Source: a bacterium
Lineage (GTDB): Bacteria > Patescibacteriota > Minisyncoccia > Phycocordibacterales > UBA918
Direction of reading: 5' to 3'
Assembly: GCA_038145135.1 (NCBI GenBank)
Contig: JAYQPD010000003.1
Location: 1 to 52,266, forward strand
DNA: 52,266 nt
Below the pieces are notes generated by a model. That model was given only the letters and a program-made list of their open reading frames with translations, was not told the DNA's origin and did not search any database. The position numbers and the translations under genes were made by a program. Position 1 is the stretch's first letter; each line of letters begins with the position of its first letter. Of this stretch, positions 8,560-20,000 are shown piece after piece.

Positions 8560-10119
8560 CTAGCCGCCGATGTTCTTGACCCAACCGAAGGTGCCCTGGA
8601 AGTTTTCAATGATGATGTCGATGATGTTCTTCTCCTTGATCGGCGTAAAGAGTACGAAGTCTTCTGACTCGACTGAGTTTGTCTGCTCATCTTCACAGAT
8701 AAGTGAGAATTTATACACGGTCGCTGGAGCAAAATCGGTGATCACTTCGACGTGACGCTCAGTGTAGCTCTTGTCCTCTGACTCGAGGATGGTTGGATCG
8801 GTACCCGCCTGAAGACCTTCACGGTACGAGAGTACGCACAGTGCCGGCTCGTCGGTCAGCCACTCAATGATCGTCTGAATGCGGGCCTCACTTCCCGGGA
8901 AGAGTGTAGATTCGTTGGTTACGTTCGAGATGATCGGTGGTGCGGTATCTTTCGCGGTCACAAAGGTGATCGGATTTGACTTTACGCGGTCACCACCGGC
9001 ATTCTCAGCGATCACGAACGCAACGTAGCGCGCACCGAGTACGAGGCCATCGATCTGCATCTGGTTGGATGCAGCGTAGGTTGGCCGACCTTTTGAGTTC
9101 TGCTCCCCATTCGTGAGATTCTGATACTCCACAAGCGCCTTCGCAGGTACGGTGGTATCCCATGCGAGGGTCGCCGAGTTCTCTTCTACCTTAAGCACCC
9201 GCAGGTTTCTGATCTGCGGAAGAGATGCCTTGGTCTTAAAGGTATAGTCACGACTCTCACCAGTGATGTCATAGGTATCGGTCGACTTCACCTTGAAGTG
9301 GTACTCAGTGAATGGTTCGAGACCGATGAGGCGCACTTCATGATCGGTCGTTGCATCGCCGGTTGATGACTGCGAGAGTGCGTACTGACCTTCTATAAAG
9401 CTGTCTGCGGGAGAGAACACCACCTCAGACGTCGCCTCACGGTCGGTCGTCCATTTAACAGTCGCGGAAGTAGTCTCGGCGATAACTGTCGGGGGACCAA
9501 CAATAGTGAGATCCTCTGTGATGCCTTGGATCGCCTTCACCGTCTCGTTCAAGATCTCCTTCAGTTGCTCTGGTGAGGTGATCTGTTGTAACGCCTCTAT
9601 CGCCTGTTGAGTTGCGGTCTGGTTGTTTGTTGCGGTATCGGTACTACTGTTACTTCCCTGTCCGTTCCCGTTGCCATTTCCAGCTTGCGTTGCCTGACCC
9701 TGCCCCTCCGCAGCGCCCTGCCCGGCCGCGGTCCCATTGCCATTTTGCTGTGAATCTCCTTTTGTCTCGATCTGATAGTCTGCAGAGATACCTTGGTTGC
9801 CATCCTCATCGGCTGACACGACACGGAAGTGATACTTTCTTCCAGGTTCGAGGTTCTCAAGCAAGATCTCGTGCTGCTGTTTATCTGCTACTGGTATGCG
9901 CACGATGCCGTAATCCTCCTGTAGACCATAATTCACGAGCGAATCGGAATCCTCATCGGTTTCCCAGGTGATCTTAAGCGAGTTCTCGGTCACATCGGTC
10001 ACTTCAACATTTGAGATATCTGGGGGTGTGGTATCAGCAGCTAGCACAATAGTCGCATTGCTCTCGAGTAGTACGAGATACAAAAGAAGATACGCGAGCG
10101 ATCGCTTCCACGCGTGCAT
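8560..10119 (-). CDS. Secreted protein with four fibronectin type III-like domains and a Gly/Asn/Gln low-complexity linker
   Basis: 519 aa with a signal peptide (LAYLLLYLVLLESNATIVLA). Four repeats follow the pattern PP.ISNV.V....S..I.W.TDE.S.S.V.YG...Y, for example LEPGRKYHFRVVSADEDGN and LEPFTEYHFKVKSTD. The linker is GNGTAAGQGAAEGQGQATQAGNGNGNGQG. Confidence 0.8.
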   Translation of the reverse strand: MHAWKRSLAYLLLYLVLLESNATIVLAADTTPPDISNVEVTDVTENSLKITWETDEDSDSLVNYGLQEDYGIVRIPVADKQQHEILLENLEPGRKYHFRVVSADEDGNQGISADYQIETKGDSQQNGNGTAAGQGAAEGQGQATQAGNGNGNGQGSNSSTDTATNNQTATQQAIEALQQITSPEQLKEILNETVKAIQGITEDLTIVGPPTVIAETTSATVKWTTDREATSEVVFSPADSFIEGQYALSQSSTGDATTDHEVRLIGLEPFTEYHFKVKSTDTYDITGESRDYTFKTKASLPQIRNLRVLKVEENSATLAWDTTVPAKALVEYQNLTNGEQNSKGRPTYAASNQMQIDGLVLGARYVAFVIAENAGGDRVKSNPITFVTAKDTAPPIISNVTNESTLFPGSEARIQTIIEWLTDEPALCVLSYREGLQAGTDPTILESEDKSYTERHVEVITDFAPATVYKFSLICEDEQTNSVESEDFVLFTPIKEKNIIDIIIENFQGTFGWVKNIGG

Positions 10120-10271
10120 AGTATCTCAATTATACACGTGCCAAACGTGTTCGAATTCGTGCCGTGTGGAATTCGACCCCTTAGACTGTGTCGCAGAGTG
10201 GATAGCTACTCATTTATTTTTCACATGAGCTCACTACAGCACTACCATGTGCGAGTGAGTACATACGAGCA

Positions 10272-11045
10272 TTAATCGGCGGTCGCGTAGAAGGTATTTA
10301 CGCCTTCATGTGCATCAGCCGCAGTGCCAAATGGAATGTAGATACCCCAGAAGACAACGTCGGTGACCGGCGTTGGATTGGTCGGCTTCGCAAGATCCAC
10401 TTCGAGTGCCATGGTGGAGGTGCCGAGCAGATTACAGGTCGTACACGAACTATAGGTGAACGAAGAGGTCGCATACTTTTGCTCATTAACGGGGATCACG
10501 GAAGCGCCATTTGTCAGGTTCGTACCTGCAAGGAGGATATCGATCGCATCGTTTCCGATGTTGTCGATGGTGGTCGTCGCATTATATGAGCCAGTATCTG
10601 ACTCCGTCTCAAGTGAACCATAATCGATCGATTGTGTGACCTCTAGTGCGCGGAGTGTGAGAAGCTCCGTTCCACTTGCGACCGTGGCAGTGCCATACCC
10701 TCCCGCAGTATCAACAGATGAAATGTATGCGTACCACGAGTCGCCGCTATAGACACCGATGTCGGTCGCATCAGCAAAGTAATAGATATCCGCACTACAG
10801 GTCACTATACAGCTGTTACCGCTGCAGTTCGAGAATGAACATGACGAGACCGGATAACACTCGTTGTCATTAGCTGTACAGGACGCACCACCGGAGACCG
10901 AGGAACGATAGATCGTTCCAGTTGCTGATACTACATCGCTGTATCCGTTGAGGTCCGTGACAGTTCCGGTCGCACTTACGGTTGTTGTCGCACCCGGAGA
11001 GAGACTGATATCAAAGCCATCATTAAGAGTCACATTTGTTATGTA
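10272..11045 (-). other. Cys-rich C-terminal module of the giant protein, homologous to 3991..4925
   Basis: ITNVTLNDGFDISLSPGATT...CTANDNECYPVSSCSFSNCSGNSCIVTC...IDYGSLETESDTG...GVNTFYATAD aligns by eye with the C-terminal ~310 aa of the 611-aa protein. Confidence 0.6.
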
Positions 11046-14000
11046 GGGATCATACCTGATCTGCATCTCAGCCACCTCAGAGTAGCTGTCAAGATCTGCA
11101 CCATTATCGGTGACGCGGAAACAGTACCCACCCGCTGTCGCATCTTGTGTTGCGATCATGTCGTACTCAACCTCTGTAAACTCATCTTGGTTGATGTTGA
11201 GACTTCCAGTCATATTCGAAGTGTCTTGGACCATCTTACCGTAGGTAAATGTGCCGAGTCCTCCGAGAAGATCAGTGGTCGATGCCTGATCAGCAAAGTT
11301 TGAAGAATCTGTCATACAAAACGCATCAGTGCCACATGAGGTGGAATCAGGGACCGCGCTATACGTTGCGTATGACACTGCTTCACAGGACGGTGAGGCA
11401 CCCTTTTCAGCGTACTCGAGGCGGAACTGTTTACCGGTCACATCGAGTCCGCTGTTCTCAATGACGAAGCGGAGACGCGCGGTCGACGAAGGTATGAGGC
11501 TTGAGGAGAGCGTGTCGAGTGCTGCGATCCATGTCGCGCCGCCAGAGACCTGCTCGACACCTAAGCGCACCGATGGTTCAGTGGTGAGTAGCGGACGAGC
11601 TGAGTAGATATCCCACCCGCCGTGCTGGAACCAGAACGAGAACCCTACTCCTCCGCTTGTGTACGTACTATCCACGACCGTCGTTGAAGCGACCTCACTG
11701 CCGCCACTGTAGAGTGTGGCGGTGATCGAGTCATCAGTACCCCAGCGGATCTCCACTTCATACCAACCGGTCGAGTAGCTTACTGTGGTCGACGAGAGTA
11801 CCGTACCACTTCCGTCGTTATCGTTGCTGACGACATCCTTCGCGATACTCATACGGTCAGTGCCAGCAACCTGCTCAAGACAGACCGCATAGTTGTTGTT
11901 ATTGGAACCTGGCGTCTGGACACCAAAGAGCGTACAGACCTCATCAAAGGTACCTCCGGCGTCGACGTACTCAAAGTAGCGAATCGTTTCACCTTGTGCC
12001 ACTGACACATCGGTGCGGTAGATACCATCCGTCGTCTGACCACTCACATCAGATGCCTTTAGTCCTCTCGTACGCTCATACGCAAACGATGCGTCCACAC
12101 TGAAGAGGCTTGTATCGCCAGAATATTCACTTATGTTGCTGTCTTCAAATTCATCCAGATACGGGAAGGTGGTCGACGCTGAGCCATCTGACGCACCAGC
12201 ATTCTTATAGTACGCGAAGATCGAAGTGTCAGTTGACGTTGCGAGCAGTGGCACCTCGACCCATACGACTGCCTCAGATGACGCAGTGTATGACTCCTTA
12301 AAGAAGTTGAGTGCGGTCGTGCCATCATCAGCTGTGAACCGAAGGTCCGAGAAATCTCCCTGCATATCGCTGTCATACGGGATAGTGACCTTCACGACCG
12401 CATTGGTGTAAGACTGAGGATCATCGTTCGTTAAGACAACACGTACACGCCGTGTCCACGAGAGGTCGTACCACTCACTATTAGGCACTCCTTCTCCCCC
12501 GTCGTCGTTGCGCCACCTGAAGTGCGTCTGCGCGAGAAGGAGACATGAGCTATCGGTCCAGCGGAGTGAGCCACAGTTATCTCCACCATCAACGTCGTAG
12601 TTCTCACCAGCGAGATTACCGGAGTGGGCCGTGAAGGTCCACGCCGATGGTGTGGTGCCGACCAGTGTGATGTTCTTTCCAGAGATAGCAGTGGTCGTGG
12701 AGAAGGTCATAGCTGTGTAGACCGCTGATGCATTTGCATTCAATGTCGTTGATGAGAGGGTGATGAGTGTACCAGTATCAACTGCAAGTTCAAAGTCACC
12801 GTACGACAACGAGGACACAGTGGTAGTGCCTGAAAGCTCAAGTCCGCTGATACCGAGGTTCCTGAATGCATAGTATGACGCATTAAAGGTACCTCCGCTC
12901 GCTTGTACCGAGTACGTCCCGCTTCCCTGATTAGTGATCGTTGTGGTCGCACCTGCCGCGCCAATAATGTTTAGTGTTCCTTGACTCAAGGTCGACGTAG
13001 CAGTATCAGCAAAGCGAACCGTGACCGGACGTGACGCTGCGGCGCCATCGAAATCGGTCGCATAACTCCAGTAATCAACTCCAGTTGTTCTATGGTAGTC
13101 GCCATAGATATAGAGCTCACCATCAGCCGCACCATGATCCATTGAATAAAGTGATCCTGATGGGTCGACCGTGGTAGAAGTAGCATTCGTGTTCCAAGAC
13201 GTGACATCGAGGTCGGGACCGACGTAGAGCACGTTGTAGCGGTCGCCCCCCGCTGACTTGGTGTTGATCGCATACGTAGTGGTGCCGACAAGGCGAAGTG
13301 TTGAACCGTCCCAGTTCGTCGCACTACCACCGACCGAGTTGAGGAATACACCTCCTACTGAAAGCGTGGTTGACGAAGCTTGGCGGTACGAGGTCAGAGT
13401 GGTAAGAGAAAGATTATGTGTAGTGGTCGCACTCGACACGGTCCATCCGCCAGATGCATTCGCAAATGACACGTTGTAGAACGGTGAAGCTCCAGGATCA
13501 ACCGTCTCCCCAGTGTCGCTCGAGTTGAAGAGTACCGTACCCGACGCGTGATCAAAGGTGCCTCCTGTTGCGGTAAGCGAACCTGCGATAGCGAGGGTGT
13601 TGGTTGCAAAGGTTACCGCACCAGACTGGATCGTGAGCGAGCCCGCAAGTGCAAGTGAACCATCGAGCATCGTGTACGCACCACTACCAGCAAAGATGAC
13701 ACTGCCGAGGTCGCTTCCATTTGCCTTGAGTGATTCAGTGGTCGTACCAGTGAGACGGAGTGTACCACTGTTATGCGTAAGTGTGCCGGTACTTGTCGCG
13801 ATAAAGCTTGAGCCGACCGCAAATATTCCACTCGGGAGAGAAAGTGTGCCATGAGATACCGTGACTGAAAGTGTCGTGGTCGCATTGGTGTCTGGCATTG
13901 ACCAGGAGCCTCCCACGCCATCTACGACGAGCCGGTTAAGACTTGAACCATTGAGTCTGAGTGTCTTTCCTCCCGCGGTGCCGTTGAGGGCAAGCGTGCC

Positions 14001-17000
14001 CGTCGCCTGTGTGAACGAACCACCAGTAGTATTGAACGATCCCGCGACGGTTGTAGTGCCCAGAGGCAACGTCACATCACCGGCAGTGATCGTGAAGTTA
14101 TTTTGTGCAGTCGCGGTCTGGTCGGGCATGGTCCAAGAACCGGAGCCATTGAACACCACGTTATAGAATGGATCTTCATTGGTGTTGACCGTACGTAGTA
14201 AGCCAGTCGTCGTAAAGGTGATGGTCGATTGTGCTGCACTAAAGGTAGCACCTGTACCGAGTATCATACTGCCGCCGATCGAGTGCGATTCACTACCGGC
14301 CGCGGTGAAGAGAGCGTTCGTTTGAAGCTCAAGCGTACCGTCGTATGCTTGGCCTGCACCACCACCTGAGAGGGTGACATCGCCGTTTGGTGCAAATTCC
14401 TTACCCGTCCACACCAACAGTTTGTAGTCCGCAGGAAGCGAGAGTGTGTCTGAACCTGCATCAACTGCTGTAAATGGAACATCACCTGGATCATCAGACG
14501 AATCGTACACGGCCATGTCCGCGATAGTGAGTGGATTAGTACCCTCATGACGGACGATCACTCTATTCTCATAGAGTTCCATATCGGCGATAGAAGAAAC
14601 AGGATCTTGAGATACCGTTGCAGCATTCGGTGCCTCGCCATCGATATACACGATGATATTGTCGCTCGTACTATACGACACACCATTGAACGAATAGAGA
14701 CCGTTTGAAGATGCACACGACGTCGTCGTTGCGTTTCCTGCAATGACGAGTTTGACGTTCTGTGTTAGACCATCGTCACAGACGCTTGAGACGATCGTGC
14801 CCTCATCCTGATAGACATGCCCCGAGATAGTGATGGAACCCAAACTATCATCCCACACGATGTAACCCGGATCACCTCCTGGGTCATTATCTTTCGCTTC
14901 GCCGGAGAGATTGCCGATCGCACTTGCAAAACGCCATGACGACACGGTGGTGCCAGTTGCGGTCACGTTGTATGCAGCGATCGCGGTTGTGGTTGCGAAG
15001 CGGTTATTAGAGAACGTGCGCGCTGGGCTCTGGGTGATCGCAGTGCCGCCAACGGTCATACCTGAACCGCCCGCGATGGATACCTCGATGTCACCATTTC
15101 CGAGATTGACCACGTTCGGGGTGCCCGTGTACACCACACCAGACACATCAAGATTTCTGTACGAGTAGTACCTCATCGTGGTGGATGCGGTACCGCCGAC
15201 CATCACACTGTAGGTGCCGCTTCCCTGGTTGGTGATGGTGGTTGTTGCACCAGCTTGACCGACTACAAAGAGTCCCCCGCCGGTGTAATACGCGCTCGCA
15301 CCAGAGGCAAAGTTCACGGTGACCGCGCGCGAACTACCACCAAGCGCACCACCGTCGAAGTCGTAAGCATAGCTCCAGTAATCAGTGCCAGACGACTTAG
15401 GATAACTTCCATATATGTAGAGCGCACCATCACTGTTGCCATGATCCATTGAGTAGAGTGAACCGGATGCGTCGACATTAGTCGTAGCCGCCGAAGAGTT
15501 CCACATGCGCACGTCAGTATTTGGTCCTATAGTGAGCGTACCGTACGTGTCGTTGTACGCTTTACTATTAAGCGAATAGCTCGTTCCAGAATAGAGATAG
15601 AGCGTCGAATTACTCCAGTCGGTCAGTGCTCCTGAGACCGCGTTCGTAAAGGTGCCGCCCACCGAGATGGTCACACCAGGAGAGGTGGTGAGTGCACCCA
15701 CTTGCGTGAGTGTGAACGCTGCAGTTGCTGTTGCATTTTCCGTAAAGCTAAAGCTTCCTGTGCCATTAAGGACAAGGTTCGAGAAGGATGATGCTCCAGC
15801 AGCGATCGTCGGTGATCCAGAACCAGTCATGGTCACCGTACCTCCCGAACCGTTGTAGGTGCCGTTGTTATCCCAGTTGCCGAGTACCGAAAACGACGCG
15901 CTCGCGCTTCCCGTAAGTGTGCCGTTTCCGCGTATCACTACATCGCCAGTCACTGACACAACCGGATCTGAAGCGTCGAAGGTTACTGTGGTGTTCGAAT
16001 CACCACCCACCGCAAGTGTGCCGAGGACATTGATACCGGTGGCTCCAGTGGTGTATGTCGGCGTACCACTCGCTGCGTTCAGATCGAGATTGTAGTAGGT
16101 GTCGCTTAGAACCGTAGCTGACGTTCCGTTTGAGTACCGTACGATACTCGTTCCTTCCGTAAAGGTGCCCGACACCACAAACGGAGAACCCGAACCACGG
16201 AGGTCAAAGTGGCCAGAACTTGCGTTCAAAACGTGTGCAGCACTGACCGTAAGTACACGCGATATCGTCGTGGTCGCAGTGCCACCTGGTGTCGTCGTTC
16301 CTGCGACGGTGCCGTTACCCAAGGTGAGGTTGTAGAACGTCCATGGGGTCGACGAACCAAGTGTATTGGTGCGCTCTAAGGTCACAGTACCACCAGTGAG
16401 GAGAAGTGTGCCGTCACCACCAAACGACCCGTACGAAAGATCGATATTACCCGAACCACCGAAGGTGCCCGACTGCAGGTCGATATCGCCCGCGATAGCT
16501 AAGTTTGCAACGAGGTCCCAAGAACCCGTACCAGAGAATGTAAGGTCGTTGAGGTTGATCGTTCCCGGTGATGAGATCGTCTTTCCGGTCGAGGTCGCCG
16601 TCATAATGACCGTTGAAGACGCAGGGACGAATGCGCCGCCACTATCAACCTGGAACCTGCCTCCGATCGAGTAGGTCTCTGTCCCCTGTGCGGTCGCAGT
16701 TGCATTGTTGTCGATGTGGAAGGTCGCATCAAATGAGTTTCCGCTTCCACCAGGTTCGAGCGTGACGTTACCGTTTGGTGTGAAGGTGGTTGATGCAAAG
16801 ATGAAGAGTTCGTTCTCGCCCCGCACCGTGAGTGTATCCGGTGTGCCAGTAGCTGCATTGAACGCTATGTCTGTGTCGATATCTTCATCGTACAGAGCCA
16901 TATCTGCGATCGATAGCGCAGTCGCTCCTTCATGTCGTGTCATGACACGATTCGCGTAGAGGTCGAGACCGCCAATATCACCGGTCGGGGTCTTCGTCAC

Positions 17001-20000
17001 CGTGACTGCCTTTTCTCCACCGTTAGTATTGAGGAAGACGGTAATGACGGGATCACCGTTAAATGCAATGTTGTTGATGGTGTAGGTGCCATCTGCAGGA
17101 TCACAGGCAGCGTCGTAAAAGGCACCACCATTCACCACTGCCCGTACTGATGTTGCAACATTGTCACAGGTAGGACCACCCATTGGTGTGATACCTGCGT
17201 CTGAATACACCGTTCCTGTCGCAGTGATCAAATACGAACTGTCGTCCCAGCGGATCGAACCTGGATCTCCCGAGTCACTATCGTATGCCTCACCGTCGAG
17301 ATTTCCCGTCGACTCCCTAAACCACCAGTACGAAGTGGGTGTACCACCTGTTTGAGTGACGTTAGAAGCGGTGATCGCGCTTGTTGTAGAGAACTCAACC
17401 CAGAATATCTGCTTCGCAGGATTTGCATCAATAGTTGACGATGCGACCGTAAGGCCAGTGCCTGCGTTCACCCCTGGGACGAAGCGGCCGTGCTGCAGTG
17501 AAGAAACGTAGGTCGAGGTGCCCAAGGTCACTCCAGTAGTACCAAGCGCGTCGAAACTGTAGTACTGCATACTTGTGGTGCCTCCGGACATATTGACCGT
17601 GTACGTACCAGAGATGGATGAGATGGTCGTGGTGCCACTTGAAGTACCCACAACTGAGAGTGTCGCGTTGGTGAGTGTTGCCGAAGCTCCATTTTCGAAA
17701 CGTACGTCTACCTGACGCGGACTAACAAGTGTCGTACCATCGAAGTCAGTTGCTGCACTCCAATACTCTGTACCACTCGTTCGTGCATATGCTCCAAAGA
17801 TATAGAGATCGCCATCAACACCCGCATGATCCTTCGAGTAGAGATACGCTGTCGGATCAACAGTATAGGTCGACGCGGATGAATTCCACATCGAGATCTT
17901 TGTCGAAGACGCTATCTCAAGCGTGTCATAGGTATCGCCATTTGTCGTCGATGCGTTGATCTGGTACGTACCTGCGCCATAGAGTGCCAGTGTTGAGCCG
18001 GTCCAGGTCGTCGATGCGTTCTGGAGTGAGTTGGTGAACGTACTGCCAACCGACATTCGCGCACCAAAGGTAAGCGTACCCGAGGTCAGGGTGAGGTTGT
18101 GTGTCGTCGTAGCATTTGACGCAAGCGTCCATCCTCCAGTCGTGCTCTGGAAGGTGGCGTTGTAGAGTGGTGAACCACCAAGTGTTACGGTCTTCCCGGA
18201 CGCAGTTGCATTGAACAGCACCGTACCTGACGAATGGGTGATCGAGCCAGCGTTCGTAAGCGAACCGCCAAGCGTCAATGTACCTGTCGGGAAGACCACC
18301 GTTCCTGAGTCGATAGTAATGTCCCCCAGTACAGTGAGGTTAGTATTTGAAAGTGTATATGTACCGGTTCCCGTAAATCTAAGGTTATTGAATGATGAGC
18401 TGTTTACGGAGACAGTCTCACTCCCCGACGAGTAGAACTGCACCGTACCACTGTTGTGTTGGAAAGCACCTGAAGTGGTGACGAATGAGCCACCGACCGA
18501 TAGGAGTGTACTTGGTAGTGTTGGCGTTCCCGCAAGGATGCGTACGGTGTGCGAAGTGGTTGCACTTGTGTCAGTGATGTTCCAGGTACCGCCTGAGCCA
18601 TTGAAGACAAGATCGTACGGACCATTGGTGAACTGAGTTGCACCGAAGGTAATGGTCTCGGCACCGGTTGATGTGAAGCGCATCTCGCCATTGCTGTGTC
18701 CAAACGCGCCACCACTATTGATGAACGAGCCAGCGATCGTAGTGGTACCTGTAGGAAGCGTGACCGTACCAGTCGATATGGTAAAGTCGTTCGTTACCGA
18801 AAGTGTTGTCTCGAAGAACGACCACGCGCCAGCGGCACCATTGAAGGTGAGATCATAGAAACTTGATGATCCACGTTTGATGCTTCGTCCCGTTGTTGTT
18901 GCAGTGAATATCACCTCGCCAGCACGCGATGTGAAGACGTTGTTATTGGTCCAGTGGCTCAGCACCGTAAGGTCGTACGGCGTTGGCGTACCCGCGTCGA
19001 GAATATCGTCAGCACCGATAGTGATCGTACGTGCAAGTGCATTCGATGCCAAGGTGAGGGTCTTCACGGCACCATCGACAACCACGTACCCGATATCCTG
19101 TTTGGCCGCATTCGCATCAGACCAGGTAGCAGCAGTCGCACCGTCAAAGGTGGTGGTTCCTACGCCTGTCCAGTACCCCGCAGCACCTGTCACCAGATTT
19201 CCTCCGATCGTGATATCTACTGATCCTCTCGCAAGCGTGCCGTAATCCACTCGGAGGTTATTGTCGACATCAAACGCAGTGACCAACGACCAGGTCGCGG
19301 TACCTGCGGTCTCACCAAACGTTGCCTTGTAGAACGACCCTGATACCGCACCGGTCTGGTCAATCGTCTCCACAACAGTGGTCGAAGCAGTAAAGATCAC
19401 TGTCGAAGTGGCCATGGTCGCGGTCGCGTTATTGTCCCATGAACCAGATACACGGATCGTATTACCATTTGGCTTGAAGGTTCCATTGATCTCAATGTCG
19501 TGCGTCACTACGTTCGCCGATGAACCAGGCTGGTATGTGTTGCCGCTCTTGATAATGATCTCGCCATCCTGACACGCCGTCTCCCCTGACGCACAAAGCG
19601 TAAGTGTGCCGGATGACACATCATCGAAGAGGTCCTCGTCGTTCGATTGGTCGTAGAGACCGATGTCCGCATTGGTCACCGTACCGTTATCGTTTGAACC
19701 TATAGAAAGATGTCGCTCGTACAGATTGATACCTGAGACGTCACCTACACCATCGTATTTAGTGACACCAACTGCCTCACCAGAATCCGCAGCGCCGTCG
19801 ATAAATACGGTAATGATATCTCCCGGAGCTGCGTTCACGTTTGCTATGGACCATGCACCGCCTGAGATGGTGCCTGTCTTCCCTGTTTGTAGGACGCCGT
19901 TAAGTGCCACCGCGACAGTGCCCGAGGTCAAGTTGGTAGACTGATCATACTGTTGTGCGGTGCCAGAGACCGTGATACCTGCCGACCAGGTAAGTGTCCA

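Noticed and set aside
10149-10176. The TCGAATTC/GAATTCGA hairpin downstream of the giant gene as its terminator.
   Set aside because: It has only an 8-bp AT-rich stem with a 10-nt loop and no U-tract on the minus strand. It is more likely incidental, or part of the promoter region of the FN3 gene.
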